64,000 bases of DNA. It comes from Octopus vulgaris (lineage: Eukaryota). The stretch is from NCBI GenBank assembly GCA_951406725.2, contig OX597825.1:43214001-43278000 (forward strand), given 5' to 3'. The position numbers and the translations under genes were made by a program. Shown in pieces: positions 1 to 12,530 of this stretch. How positions within the stretch are numbered: position 1 is the stretch's first letter; each line of letters opens with the position of its first letter. Under the pieces are notes generated by a model that saw only the letters and a list, made by a program, of their open reading frames with translations, made no database searches and was not told the origin of the DNA.

Positions 1-169
1 CTTTAGAGTCATGATAAAACAAAAGCAGCTTCCTATATTTCTCCAGTTGACAAGAACGCATACAGGATAGAAAAGGATTATCGTGCATTTGATAACACAA
101 TGGGGTTGATGTGTGAATAATGAGATAAAATTATTATTCATACAAAAGATAAAATACATGATTTATACT

Positions 170-510
170 GAGATGTTGGATTACCTTTCTCTCGCAACAT
201 TATTGTGCATAGCAAGGATGATATAAAAGCCATACCTACTACATTTAGTAAGAAACTGTCTATCTCAATGAACCTAAGAACTATTGGTTAACGATATAAT
301 GGCTCCGCAGGAAAGCATTACCTGTACACAATCCATATGTGGTCACTGTTTATATAAAATTTCGAAAACACTCTAATAGATAGAATAAGTAGGAGTATAT
401 TTAACCTATCATAGGATGGGATTGTTTTCAATCATGTCTTCTCATCGGATGGGATTATTTTCCAGTTGTCCTTAGTACGCTGCAATAATAAAATGTGTGT
501 TTACTACACT
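170..510 (+). pseudogene. Possible highly decayed C-type lectin domain remnant
   Basis: One frame reads ITFLSQHYCA*QG...ETVYLNEPKNYWLT...PIIGWDCFQSCLLIGWDY...NVC, loosely following CTL Cys/Trp spacing. Many stops, weak. Confidence 0.2.
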
Positions 511-1027
511 TATATTTTATAAGGGCCACTCCCGACAAAACAGCAAATTCGGAAAACTGACTATTGTATGGTTCAGTCCAAATTAAGGATATAAAAGTCA
601 ATTAACTAGATAATTCCTCTTATCATTAAGAAAGAATTTTACTGTCACATGAAATTCAACTTTGTTTTAAAAAAAAGAACATATTTCTAATTTCTCATTT
701 TATAATTTGGACCATAGACTATAAAACAAAATCGATTACACTTAAGCAACCCAACTCTACTTCCCAGCTTTCTCACTAATAACCAGCTTGTAATTAACAT
801 ATGCCGTGAATTTCCCTCTAAATTAGTACTGTCTTCGTATAGGGGTTACAAACATATCTACTATAAAACAAGCGGATATCACACAGAGAAACTCTACTTT
901 TGGACAATATCAATCATTTCAATCAGCACATATAAGCACATATATTCTTTCAAAATTAGTGATAGAATAACCGCTAAATCTGTATAGAAGTGGAGTTAGT
1001 GTGATGTTCAAAATGGCTCAAAAGTAA

Positions 1028-1550
1028 GTCAAGTGTATGATAGATACTTCATTCTGTTACACAGAAGGTGTCTGCAAAATGTATCTGAAAAATGTTACAT
1101 TATAATGCGACTATTGTCTCCAGAAAGGGAGTGAAAGTTTAAATTATAACATGCGCAACACTATACATGATCAGAAGGGAATGCCAATAACACGTTCTAG
1201 AATGCCACATATTACTGAGTAGACAATAATATTATTCATCTCTTAATCCCCTCAACAGAAAATAGTATCTACGTAAGGATGATTCACCCAGAGACTAATA
1301 ACAGAGCAAATCATCAATTAAGTAAGAATCTAGCGTAATTGATTAGGTCTTTCTGAACTATGTCTTACATCTGCTTGAAATAGAATTCAGGATAAAAGCT
1401 CATCCAACTTTTCTACAAGAAGTAGAAAACGTGTTTCAATTAGCTTAAGAACAGCAATAACGGAAATTAATTGCTTGGGTATGATGGATTGATACTAGGA
1501 GTAAACTCCTTTTGTGAACAAATGTAAAAAAATGGAATGAGTTGTATCCT
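1028..1550 (+). pseudogene. Decayed PAN-like + C-type lectin ORF
   Basis: With two frameshifts: KCMIDTSFCYTEGVCKMY / F*NATYY*VDNNIIHLLIPSTEN / *LGLSELCLTSA*NRIQDKSSSNFSTR...NCLGM...KC. The TGA stops fall where the CTL consensus has Cys or Trp (WLGL, W-x-W). Confidence 0.45.
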
Positions 1551-2153
1551 AAATTATTTGGAACTTAGTATACAATATTTTCGAATGTATTGGTAAAATT
1601 AATTCAAAAAATTTCTTTCCTTAAACACAGTTTTAAATTCATATTTTCAAGAGTTTGCAATGAAAAGGGAAAGCACTTATCCCATTCATAGAACATTGGG
1701 TGACGTGTCACGTTAAATAATGACAAAACAATGGGAGTGGCAAAATGGTGTAAAACAACTACTTAGCTTGAGTCGTCAATTCTGTGGAACATACGTAGTT
1801 AATGTTGAATGATTCTCAGTGTCCCACCAGCACGATCAGAACAACTGAATAATTTAGCCCAATCATAGTTAGAAAGGCCTCAAGCATAAATTTTAGATCC
1901 CATTATTTCAATGTCCATTTGAGAGTATCCGTAACGTTATGATAGCGCTCGAACTAGATTGTTCAAGTATATTTTGTATTGTAAATTTCTTTTGGCTTTT
2001 CTCTCGCACTGTTTCTCCCTGTGCACACACACAGACATATACACAAGTATATATATACATAGAAAGAGGGAGAAAGAGAGAGAGAAAGAGGAAAAGAGAG
2101 AGATTGGTGAACTTGTGCATGACACTCAGTAAAGCATTCACCTTAGGTGCAAC

Positions 2154-2187
<34 letters not shown>

Positions 2188-2699
2188 TAAAAGTCGATTG
2201 TAGTTGATCCATAATTGTATTCACGCCGTTATACATTTGAATTTGCAAAAACATGACTACTGGAAGTATGTTTCATGCGTATTTAGCATCTAAACTTTAA
2301 CAATATAAATATTAGAAAAGACTGATGAAATAACTAAAACAATATCTCAGCGCAAAGAGTTTATGTGACAGGTCTTCAAGTAATTTACTCATATGTAAGG
2401 TAAAAAGATGGAGAGTTGAGGATGTATTGCTCATTTACTTGTATCATAGTTTGCAGTTGAAATTTGAATACAAACAAATTTCAAAAGTACAAAATAGACT
2501 AAAAAATCCCTACAAATTTTTCGATTTTGGTCCCTTAGTAATTCATAATTCGAATCCCTTGGGTCAAATCCAATGTTAAAAATTGGTTATCATTTGCAAT
2601 TATATGGGGCAGAATCTCTTCAAGAATTTTTTGATTTTATATAACGGAAGTATATACGTATACACACACACACAAACACACACACACACACACACACAC

Positions 2700-2737
<38 letters not shown>

Positions 2738-3266
2738 GTGTATGCATGTGTGTACATATACAGGGAGAGGGAGAGAGAAAGACAGAAAGATTTTAGGTTA
2801 TATTTCACATTTCTCTTGTAGAGACATGATTTGCATAGATGCATTCTCTCTATTTGCTTTGAAGAGCTGATTAAATATAAATTGGTTGACACATTTTATT
2901 GCATGTTTTCATTATTTTTTTAATCTTAAATTTTCTCAATCGAAATCGAGATGGTACACTTAAGAATGCATCTTCCACTAGCTTTCAGCATGTTGCAAGC
3001 AAAATGTGCCTAGTACACTCCAATTCAACGTCCATTTCGCCTTTAATGCATCAACTTGTCACACCAACATACACAGAAATTTTCGCATCAAACATTACGT
3101 CACCCACACCCAGGAATCTTAACAACTCGATTATCCCTTCCAGCTCAGGCATACACGTGCGCGTAGTACACATTTAGGTCACACACACAACAAAATATAT
3201 ACACATGTACACAATAAAGTGATGACAAATATAGTCCCATATACATTTTCACAACATTACATGATA

Positions 3267-3520
3267 ACTGGCATTCCATTGCTTATGATGACAAGTGTTC
3301 CAACTGACTCGATCAATGGAAGAGCCTGCTCGTGAAATTAACGTGCAAGTGGCTGAGCACTCCACAAATACGCGTAAGATACAGTCCATTTTTGCCAGCT
3401 ATGTGAACAAGAGCAACGGGAAAGGGGGTTTCTTGCTCAAGGACACAATGCACAGTTAGGAATCGAACTCGAGACCTTACCATCGTGAGTCTGATACCAT
3501 AACCACTAAGCCGCGTGCCT
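3267..3520 (-). mobile_element. tRNA-derived SINE
   Basis: Minus strand has A-box-like CGGCTTAGTGG and B-box GTTCGATTCC, followed by TGTGTCCTTGAGCAAG, a typical SINE central domain. Confidence 0.7.
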
Positions 3521-3565
3521 TTACATACTATGATACATATTATTGTTGTTGTTGTTGTTGTTTTT

Positions 3566-3985
3566 AAGAGAACAAACTGACAGAATCGTTAGCGCGTCGG
3601 ACAAAGTGTTTAATGTTATTTCGTCCGGCTTTACGTTCAGGATTTAAACTTTTCCGAGTCGACTTTACCTTCCTTCCCTATCGACAAAATACTACATACG
3701 TGCAAAAACATGCCTAAACCAGAAGCCATGAGAACCACTGCCTGGTACTGCATCAGGGCATTTATTCTTATTAATATTATTATTATTATTGTTGTTGTTG
3801 TTGTTGTTTTTAAGAGAACAAACTGACAGAATCGTTAGCGCGTCGGACAAAGTGTTTAATGTTATTTCGTCCGGCTTTACGTTCAGGATTTAAACTTTTC
3901 CGAGTCGACTTTACCTTCCTTCCCTATCGATGTAATCCACTTACTCCCTCAAAATTTCTTGCCTTTGCCAAAATTTGTAACCAAT
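3566..3985 (+). mobile_element. SINE fragment, locally duplicated (3540-3684 repeated at 3786-3930)
   Basis: CAGAATCGTTAGCGCGTCGGACAAAG...GTCGACTTTACCTTCCTTCCCTATCGA occurs twice identically after (TTG)n. Resembles an abundant octopus SINE. Confidence 0.6.
3720..3761 (-). mobile_element. 5' tip of the 556-bp TAA-associated element
   Basis: CAGAAGCCATGAGAACCACTGCCTGGTACTGCATCAGGGCAT matches the end of the 53156-53711 copy and is followed by a (TTA)n-like tract. Confidence 0.75.
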
Positions 3986-4383
3986 GTTTTTGTTGTTGTT
4001 GCTGTTGCGCAAAACGTTTTGCATTAGACCAAATGCGGTTAATATTGTTTTATAAATATCATTAGTGTTCTCATAATTTTCGTGTTGCTTTTATCTTTTA
4101 CTAGTAGGATTAATTAATATATCTTCCAACTATATTCTTCACTATTTGAATAGCACAAACGTTTATATTCATATAAATTTACTATATATCATAGCTAGAT
4201 ATCATAGCTAAGGTGTATAAATATATATATTCTTATACATGGTGTCACAATCTAGGCATTACGGCTGAAATTCTTTAAGATCTTTATCGGCAAGGGGATG
4301 ATACTACTTAATCTGCTTGAAAATGAACTGTCTTCATACAGTACTATAATTTATTATTCCGTTCTTTCCCCTCATTACATTGT

Positions 4384-5060
4384 TTGAAGCTTATTGTCCA
4401 TTTGTTTGTATTTTTATTACTATGTATACTCCTACATAGTTGTACGAGTACACTCGCTCCTTCTGTCTATTTTTATTTATTCACTTCACTGAATTGTCTA
4501 GTAACGTGTACACATACATACATAACGATTGCTTCATCTTATCAGATGACAATTCATTTGAAAGTGAATAACTGTGTAGTCACTCGTTACGTAACGACTT
4601 GGAAAGTGCGTATCTTTAAATGTATTCGACATATCAATAATTAGTTTCTGTCATAATTCAAATATAATGGGAGTTATGTTTCTGACAATCTAGTTTACGC
4701 CTGCATGGATAACATAATTACTGCACAATGTGGGCATTGGTGTGGATTCTCGATCTACGCATTCACAGTGAATTGTCTAGTAACGTGTACACATACATAC
4801 ATAACGATTGCTTCATCTTATCAGATGACAACCGTCTCATATTAAGCTTGATTGTCCGGGTTTACTTTCATCTTTGAATGCGTACGAATATGCCTTTGTC
4901 CTTGCACGTATCCATCAACATATGACTTTATAAAATACAAATAGATCAAGAAATGAAATTAGAGCGATATAATTGTATATCATTGGATTCAAGGGACAAA
5001 AACTTGTAGAAGAAATTTGCACTCTCTCATTGACGTATAATGCAATATGTCTATATTTCT
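4384..5060 (+). pseudogene. Decayed secreted PAN-like/C-type lectin-like ORF with internal 63-bp duplication
   Basis: Hydrophobic start LIVHLFVFLLLCILLHSC; AQCGHWCGFSIYAFTVNCLV..HNDCFIL (PAN-like Cys spacing); HWIQGTKTCRRNLHSLIDV (CTL-like W-x6-C). Confidence 0.35.
4490..4831. repeat. 63-bp identical direct repeat (4490-4552 and 4769-4831)
   Basis: TGAATTGTCTAGTAACGTGTACAC...CTTATCAGATGACAA occurs twice, 279 bp apart. Confidence 0.9.
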
Positions 5061-5347
5061 CCTAGAATAGCTGCCTGCCCCAAGGCTTTGTCAAAAATAG
5101 AATGATCCCTCTCTACCTGTAGGGAATCTATTTAATCGATAGCTGGAACCCACAATGGTATTTCCGTTCCGGGCCAAAACTGAACTATTAATAACAGTAA
5201 TTAAGATTTCACACTCTACACAGTTCCAGATTTCCTGATTTGGAGCCCCAGCATCAGATGCAGTTTATTGTTTTATGCAGAACTTACATACATGTATGTA
5301 TAATTGTGTACATATGCATACTTACACTACCATCCAATATATATATA

Positions 5348-5431
5348 AATTAACAGAATGAGAATTTAAAAATCCAAGGCTGTGAAAACTATTCACAGCC
5401 TTGGACTTTTTTTTATCTCATTCTGTTAATT
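5348..5431. repeat. Fold-back hairpin flanked by (TA)n
   Basis: AATTAACAGAATGAGA...TCCAAGGCTGTGAA pairs with TTCACAGCCTTGGA...TCTCATTCTGTTAATT around a short loop. Confidence 0.85.
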
Positions 5432-5587
5432 TTTATATATATGCATGATAATACACGACCTACGTTGGACTCGTTATTCGTATTATTATCAAACCTGGAG
5501 CTTAACTATAGTCTGTCCATAGCAGTTATTCAGCATTACCTGGTACCTTTGGGTCTTCTTGACACCAATACCTCTCATACCTGTATG

Positions 5588-5625
<38 letters not shown>

Positions 5626-5656
5626 GAGAGAGAGAGAGAGAGAGAGAGAGAAGAGA

Positions 5657-6438
5657 GTAGGCATCTGTCGGTCTCGAGAGATCATGGATCTGTGCCCAAA
5701 GGAATCGTGTCACCTGCTGATGATAGGGCAGCGTCTACTGTGGCTGTAGATACCCACACGGAAGTGGCAGTCATGCATACAGCGACTGCATTTGAAGGAA
5801 CTCTCTTCCGACGCTACTAGATGTATCTTCCGTCGAATGCGCTTTTCTTTGGTGGCGAGGTCTTGCTCGTTTTATCCCCTTTCGCAGAATTTGTCTCTAG
5901 CATGGACCATTATATGCGACATCCTCCCAACTCAGGTTGTCCAGATCTCTGTTGCAGATGTCCTTGAAACGAAGATGAGGTCGTCCTTGTGTTCTTGTGC
6001 CGGTGGCCATTTCCCCATATTTGAGGCCTTTTGGGATCCTCCCGTCCGGCATACGATATTCTAACTGAACCAGCGCAGACGACGCTGCAAGGGCAGGATG
6101 AGTATACTGGGTATCTTACCATCATTGAGGACTTCGGTGCTGATGATGTGGTCGGTCCACTTGATATCAAAGAAGCGTCTCAATTTACAAAGGTGGAAGA
6201 CGTTGAGCCTCTGGAGTAGAGGCTCCACTTCTCACTGCCGTAAATAGCGTACTTAGGAAGCACACCTTATACACAGCAATCTTGGTTTTTGCAGTCAGTT
6301 TTCTGTTTTTCCAGACTCTCTTTGTAAGCCTAGCAAATGTGAAGGATGCTTGTTCAATTCGCCTGCTGATCTCAGGGTCCAGGGAGAAGTCATCAGCGGT
6401 TGTATAGCCAAGGCAAATGAATTCATAGATTATCTCCA
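5657..6438 (-). mobile_element. RTE-clade LINE, 3' fragment
   Basis: SLDPEISRRIEQASFTFARLTKRVWKNRKLTAKTKIAVYK is typical of the RTE/BovB ORF C-terminal region. It ends in a (CT)n tail on the minus strand. Confidence 0.85.
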
Positions 6439-6444
6439 ACTTGC

Positions 6445-6708
6445 ATTAGGTTGTCAAGAAAGTTCCCGCGGAATTTTAAATTTTGGTTTTAAATTATATA
6501 TTTTCAAATTAATTTTCGTTAAATTACATTGACTTTATATATCATTTTAAAGCCCGTTTTTCGCTTTATCTAATCGTGATACTCTTTTTTTTTCAATAGT
6601 TAGGGCATTTTTTCCGGAACGTTGAATGCAACATGGACAAAAAGCAAGTTCGCACAATTCTATTTCAAGCTAGGCCGAAAAGCTGCTGAAACAGCTTGCG
6701 ATATCAAT
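6445..6708 (+). mobile_element. mariner transposon 5' fragment
   Basis: TIR-like TTAGGTTGTCAAGAAAGTTC, then MDKKQVRTI..KLGRKAAETACDIN (mariner N-terminal HTH, frameshifted). Confidence 0.75.
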
Positions 6709-7105
6709 CGCCTGTTATCCATCAATATGTAGTGAACCCAATCAATGCTTTCCTCGTTGGTAGCAGTTGCAGGACCTCCAGACCTTTGCTTATCTTCAAG
6801 ACTCTCCCTTCTCCTATTAAATTCAGTTGTCCACTTTTGCACTATTAGAAAAGCTGGAGTGTTATCCATTAAGGTAGCGACCATGTCATCTCAATAAACC
6901 ATTTTTCTGCAGGTATTGATAACACCACAATGCCAAATGTTGTCCATTTTCAAGAGAATTCGCTACTAGTCACTTTTGAAGTCTTTGAATAATCAGATCT
7001 CAGCGTACCTGCAAAGAAACAGTACAGTCATTAATAAGAAGTCTTGAAATTAATGCATGCAAGATTTCACAGTCTAGTATCACTTTTTCATATTCAGCCT
7101 ATGAT
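6705..7105 (-). mobile_element. mariner transposon 5' fragment (second family)
   Basis: ORF 6660-6884: VQKWTTEFNRRRESLEDKQRSGGPATATNEESIDWV, the mariner HTH/RSGRP linker. Confidence 0.8.
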
Positions 7106-8289
7106 GCATTCCATCATATCATAGAAGTTAATTATTCCTAGCGTTGTAGATAATACATGGAGCTGATAATAACATGTTAAGCTCATAAAAGAGAGTGTGT
7201 ACACAATTCAGTAAAATACAACTAATGTCGCCATACGAACATTAGAAGAGTTTTAAAAGAGGGAAAGCTGCGAAATAAAATAAAATCTCAGGAATTACTA
7301 TTGTATTCTAGATTTCTGAATTTAAACCATACCAGTCGCGGCGCCACAAAAAGAAAAAAACAGTACAACTGGGTATGTAAGGTGACTGTAAAATTGTAAC
7401 TAATCGAACATTCTATAATTATATCGTATAGGAAATTTAAGATTTAACCGTTTGGAATGCTAAGAAATTTATTATTCATATTAAATCCATCCCCTCAATG
7501 TTTTTTAAGATGGTTCAAGAATTCTATTCACAATTCATGTAAATATACAGGAATTTATAAAACCATTAATAAACCATTATGAAATATTGAAACCATTAAT
7601 AAATTATATCCGTTTGAATACTTTTTTAATTTATTGAATCCTGTCGTATTTGTGCATGAAGTTGATAAAATGAAAAGAAGTTTAAGCTATATACATTCTT
7701 TTTTAAAAGGCATTAGCAGATTATAAAGTTGCTATCCATATCAATTCAAGATAAATGAATTTATCGGTACATTGTTTGGGTTTTAAGGGAATAAAAATTA
7801 CTTAATGCACTACAAACACCTTAGTTGTGACTCAAATACCCTTATGGATTATATGATATTTTGTTTCGGTATATCTTTTTGTGGACATCATGTGATTTTA
7901 TTAAAATGACATCATAGTAAATCGTCTTCTTTTCAGGACTATATAAACAGAAAAGAAACTTTTAGTATCAGTGCCAATCTGGTATGACAGTTAGTGTTCC
8001 TCTAAGTATATTCACCTGATTACTTCGATTTAAATCCACTTATTTCATTTTCCCGTGGTTCAATTACCCGCGACCCGTAGTTATGTGCCTGGATACGTTT
8101 TTCTTAAAGCACAAACATAACGTAGTTTAAGCGTCATTTAACCACATCTAGGTAATCTAATTATTCTTATCAAAGTAGCACCAATAAAGTAATAAACCAT
8201 AGAAATAGAAGAAATTGTACTCAGTAGAATAGGGATACTTAGCGGCAATAGAAATTTACAAAGTCATAGAATTTAGGTCTCTTTCATGA

Positions 8290-9120
8290 GTATTCCAAAA
8301 GCTGCCTTCGAATTTTATTGAAACATATTTAACATGACATCTTAAAACAATTTATCCATCTTGTAAATACTATTTTATTCTATTCAAAATTATATCTGAG
8401 GGACAAACACAAGAGAACTACATAAGAACAAAATGAAATGTCACAAAATCCATGATAGCATTCGAATTTATGTAGTGAGTTCAGGAATTTTAACATTTAC
8501 TCTACTGTAACGGTTGAATTTTGACGTTGTTTAGAAGCACTGTTCTAAAGGAAACCGTTAGAAATGTAAAGGAACCTACCATGATGTGGTCTTTCCAGAT
8601 AATGCTATAATACAACTGCTGCATCGACAATAACGAACTATCTAAATCCATCGCTCCAAATTGTACTAAGTCTTGGCCAACTACAAAAAAGATAGTTCTC
8701 AGTAGTTCGTGAATACATTGAATCAAATTCAAAAGGATTTATACAGCTGAAACACCTTATCCATCATAAAAAAATAAACCTCTAGTAAAATTGCATTGGC
8801 ATAACCCATCAAAACAAGGTTCAGCTTCATTACAAGGATGATGAATATCAGGTGAAGAGTTCTCTTTAAAACGTTAGTTTCAACTTCTAATTGGAAATTA
8901 AAGATGACCTCAATTTTTCTTTCGCTATAGTGAAAGACAGTTGCCGGTGCAGATTACTGCCACTCCCTATCAGTTCTATTGATAATTTCACTTTTGTTTA
9001 CAGTCTTATTGAGTAGCTTTGTAATTCGTATTCTTTTCAGAACTATATAAGATTTATAAATTCTATTATTAGAAACTAAAAATGATGAACTGCTGTAGAT
9101 CGTTTCCGTGGCTAAGTATC
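8290..9120 (-). pseudogene. Decayed PAN-like + EGF/EB-like + C-type lectin ORF
   Basis: GVAVICTGNCLSL*RKKN*GHL; PCNEAEPCFDGLCQCNFTRGLFFYDG/RCFSC; YLFCSWPRLSTIWSDGFR*FVIVDAAVVL; CLSLRYNFE*NKIVFTRWINCFKMSC*IC. Order and Cys/Trp spacing fit CTL. Stops and two frameshifts. Confidence 0.45.
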
Positions 9121-9954
9121 ATTTATAAAACCTCTGCTAACTCATCATTGATAATCTATATTTTGTCTATACTTCTTGCTCGCCATCAACTCCCTCAGGT
9201 TGAGATAGTCAAAATCAGTACTTTGCATTGATTTCTTTTTCTATATTAAACGATTACAAGCGAAAAAAATCCATTCTAATTTCAACTAAAAATAAACATT
9301 TTAAGCGACCATATATCAGGAAAGGGCAAAGCTAAAAAAAATTATCGAATTCGTTTTTGTGACCGATATTGTATGGTGCTATGAATATGTCTAGACGCAT
9401 TGCTATTAGTGTATATTTACTTTGCTAATAGCTGCTTTAACTACAACTGCTTCCCGCTTCAATTCTACCACTAGAACAGTTGATCTGTTTTTCGTGTTAT
9501 TTAAAAAATAAATTAATTCGAAAATTAACATACTAGTTCATATAATAAGCTACCATTAGCAGTCAGTCATTACGCAATATCTTTAAGCCCAATCTGAACA
9601 GCAATGATTTTGTCTCTCTTTTGCAATGTAGACGTTAGTTTTCTATTCAAATGCTTAGCATTACTGTCCCACATGTTTACGTTTTTCATAAAAAAATGGT
9701 GGAATATCATTTATTATTTTCTGATTTTGTTACAACACCTCTTGATTATCTAAGTGAGACTGGAATCTAGGGGAGCATCAGACGCAACAAAAATTTGGGA
9801 AAAAATGAATATTTATTTGAGAGGAAATCGAAACGGTGAGTGCATTAAATAATAAGGCACTAAAAGAGAATGACTCTCTCAAGACACACTATAATATGCC
9901 TCAACGCACAAATTCACATAAAGAATGTTGCAAACCAAATACCAAAACGAAATG

Positions 9955-9992
<38 letters not shown>

Positions 9993-9994
<2 letters not shown>

Positions 9995-10186
9995 GGAGTA
10001 AACACATAAATGTGAAACAAGGTGGAAAAAAGAGTACTCAAATACCAGTGGTAGAGTAATATGCTTTATTTTAAGCAGCAGAAAATTCAACAAAATCTGT
10101 TGAATTTTCTGCTGAATTTTCTGTTGAATTTTCTGTTGAATTTTCTGTTGAATTTTCTGTTGAATTTTCTGCTGCTTAAAATAAAG

Positions 10187-10188
<2 letters not shown>
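9993..10188. repeat. (TA)n-flanked element with inverted repeat enclosing a 12-bp tandem array
   Basis: CTTTATTTTAAGCAGCAGAAAATTCAACA is inverted as TGTTGAATTTTCTGCTGCTTAAAATAAAG, with about six TGTTGAATTTTC units. Confidence 0.8.
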
Positions 10189-10217
<29 letters not shown>

Positions 10218-10289
10218 CGCTTAGGCATTTTGACAGTAATAGCCTGGTTTAATACATATATACATATGTGTGTGTGTTTGTGCGTATGT

Positions 10290-10328
<39 letters not shown>

Positions 10329-10724
10329 CGTGCGTGTGTGTGTATGGTAAAGGAAAGACGGAAGATGGAATATACTTGAATTTTAATTATATATATATAT
10401 AATGCAATCTATAATCAGTACATTAGCAATGAATCATCTTTTATCGCAAAATATACACATCTTTTGATTGCATCCACCACAGATGACACTACTACAAGGA
10501 TCCTAGAATAATACCCACGCAAATATTAGTAACAGTAGCTACCCACGAATTTATTTAGAACAGTTTCTACCAATACTGCTACAACCACAGCAAATCACTT
10601 TTAGGTCAATTGAACATTAAAGCAGATCACACGGACAGCCTCTACTACTATGTAATACCACTGCCGTTTTCTTCTTCTTCTTCTTCTTCTTCTTCTTCTT
10701 CTTCTTCTTCTTCTTCTTCGCTTT

Positions 10725-10880
10725 TAGGCGTAGCTGTATGGCAAGAAATTTGCTACCAAACTACACAGTTCCGATTTTAATCCCTTAGGGTGGCGCCAAA
10801 GGCAGGTGTCTTGTACAATACCTTTGGATCGAGCAAAGAAATGCATTTGGTAGATGAATGTCGAAAGAATCCTGTCCGAT
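10725..10880 (+). mobile_element. Degenerate tRNA-SINE related to 33236-33650
   Basis: GGCGTAGCTGTATGGCAAG...GGCAGGTGTCTTGTACAATA...TTTGGTAGATG aligns by eye with the SINE head. Preceded by (CTT)n. Confidence 0.55.
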
Positions 10881-10965
10881 ATATACAATTACAGATTTAG
10901 TGACAATTATAATCCTCCATTGCAACCTCCGGTTTATACTGTTTATGCACACTCACACACACACA

Positions 10966-10996
<31 letters not shown>

Positions 10997-11073
10997 CTAT
11001 ATATATTTGTAAAAAATGAAGTTTGAAAATGCTGCTATATTAGACAAATTTTAATTTTTATATATACATTATT

Positions 11074-11120
11074 TATTTAACATGTTTCGGTTCTTGAAAT
11101 GATGAACCTTATCAAAAAAA
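11074..11120 (-). ncRNA. Type I hammerhead ribozyme-like motif, U3-A8 core variant
   Basis: Minus strand: TTT-TTGATAA-GGTTC(ATCATTTCAA)GAACC-GAAA-CATG-TT-AAA. Perfect 5-bp stem II, palindromic stem III, weak stem I. Confidence 0.5.
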
Positions 11121-11617
11121 AAAATTATATATAAAAAAGATAGTTCAAGCTATCAAATATAAAAAATTCATATGTAATATTCAATGGAGTCAAACATAAA
11201 AAATTAAAATATATAGTAAAGCGAGTCCATGCTATATGTTTAAAGAGTATGATGTAGTAGTTCATAGTGGTGATATGCATTCAATAGAGTCAAATATAAA
11301 GATTCATGTTCTTGAAAAAGCGAGGAATTCATTTTAGATTTTACCTTGTGGGAGCAACTGTAATGATTTTTGGTTGGTGTCTGTTCGTATAGGTTTGGTG
11401 AATTTTGTGAATTGTTTGGGTTTATATCAGCTCAGCTTAGCTGTCTCACTTGCATTTTTCACTGACGTCATGTAGTTCCCAACCAATCAAAACTCAGTCT
11501 CAACGAATATATCCTGTTAGGAAACCAACCAAGCAGAACGACAGTTTGGCCACGGAAGAAATACGTCATCCTTGTTATTGACGGATTGAAATTAGATCTG
11601 ATCCATGACTGTATCCT

Positions 11618-11776
11618 GTTAGGTGGCTAGTCCAGCGGAACGACACGTCATCAATGTTTTGACCAATCATCTCGTTAGGTGGCTAGTCCAGCAGAACGGG
11701 ACGTCATCAATGTTTTGACCAATCATCCCGTTAGGTGGCTAGTCCAGCAGAACGAGACGTCATCAATGTTTTGACC
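11618..11776 (+). repeat. 56-bp tandem repeat, about 2.9 copies
   Basis: Units start at 11618, 11674 and 11730: GTTAGGTGGCTAGTCCAGCAGAACG..ACGTCATCAATGTTTTGACCAATCATC. Confidence 0.9.
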
Positions 11777-11794
11777 TAAGATATATATATATGA

Positions 11795-12530
11795 TGAATA
11801 TATTGTCTAAATTACGCAAAATTGAAAATAGCACTGACATCTCATTTTAACAGATATATTTAACAAAATTGCTGAAAAATATCTTGAAATACTAAAGAAT
11901 AAATTCATTTAATAAAATCGTCATTGGCTTCAACCACGGCCTCCAAAAGACTTCAAAATCTCATGCAACTCTTCTGGACGGTCTCCTTGTTTAAGATAGT
12001 GAACGCTATCACAATCCTTGTAGTCAACGTAGTTAGGTGGCCAGATGTTAGGGTGATGTGGTTGCAGAAATTATCTGATTGCCATGACTGGGTTCTCCTA
12101 CTTGTGTGGCACGGAACAGAGTCCTGTTACCAGACATAGGGTCTTCTAGCAGTCACTCTTTTGACCCAGTACAGCACTACCTCCACCAGGCAGTTGATGT
12201 AGGCCTCCGTGTTGTGTTTGAGGCCGTATGGGAAGATGGGTGGAAGTAGAACGTCGCCATCACTAGTGATCTCTCCAAAAAGCATTATGTTGACTGGATG
12301 TTTTATTTTATCACACTCGGTACTTGTTTTGGGGGACACGGCAAGCCAAAAGTTGTTCTGTTTGTTTACCATCTATCTGTATTATGGCTTCCGGCGCGAA
12401 TGCCAAGTAGTACAGCATGTCGTTTCCAGATTTTTAGGAGAGTGAATTGCATCATGGTGCTGTTTTTCTCACAGACAGTGCCCAACTGATCCTACTATAT
12501 TGTGTAGTCAGTAAAATCAAAAAGTAATAA
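11795..12530 (-). mobile_element. Tc1/mariner superfamily (maT/DD37D-like) transposase relic
   Basis: IMLFGEITSDGDVLLPPIFPYGLKHNTEAYINCL...RRPYVW*QDSVPCHTSRRTQSW. Confidence 0.75.

Noticed and set aside
8581-8680. Possible minus-strand exon (GQDLVQFGAMDLDSSLL..IIWKDHIM) resembling a Cys-loop/chemotactile receptor, with a second candidate at 185-273
   Set aside because: No Cys-loop or WxPD exons found between them, splice-like motifs are common by chance, and another frame fits a lectin pseudogene better.
9673-9835. Signal-peptide-like first exon ending in GTGAGT
   Set aside because: In-frame TAA and no convincing downstream exon.
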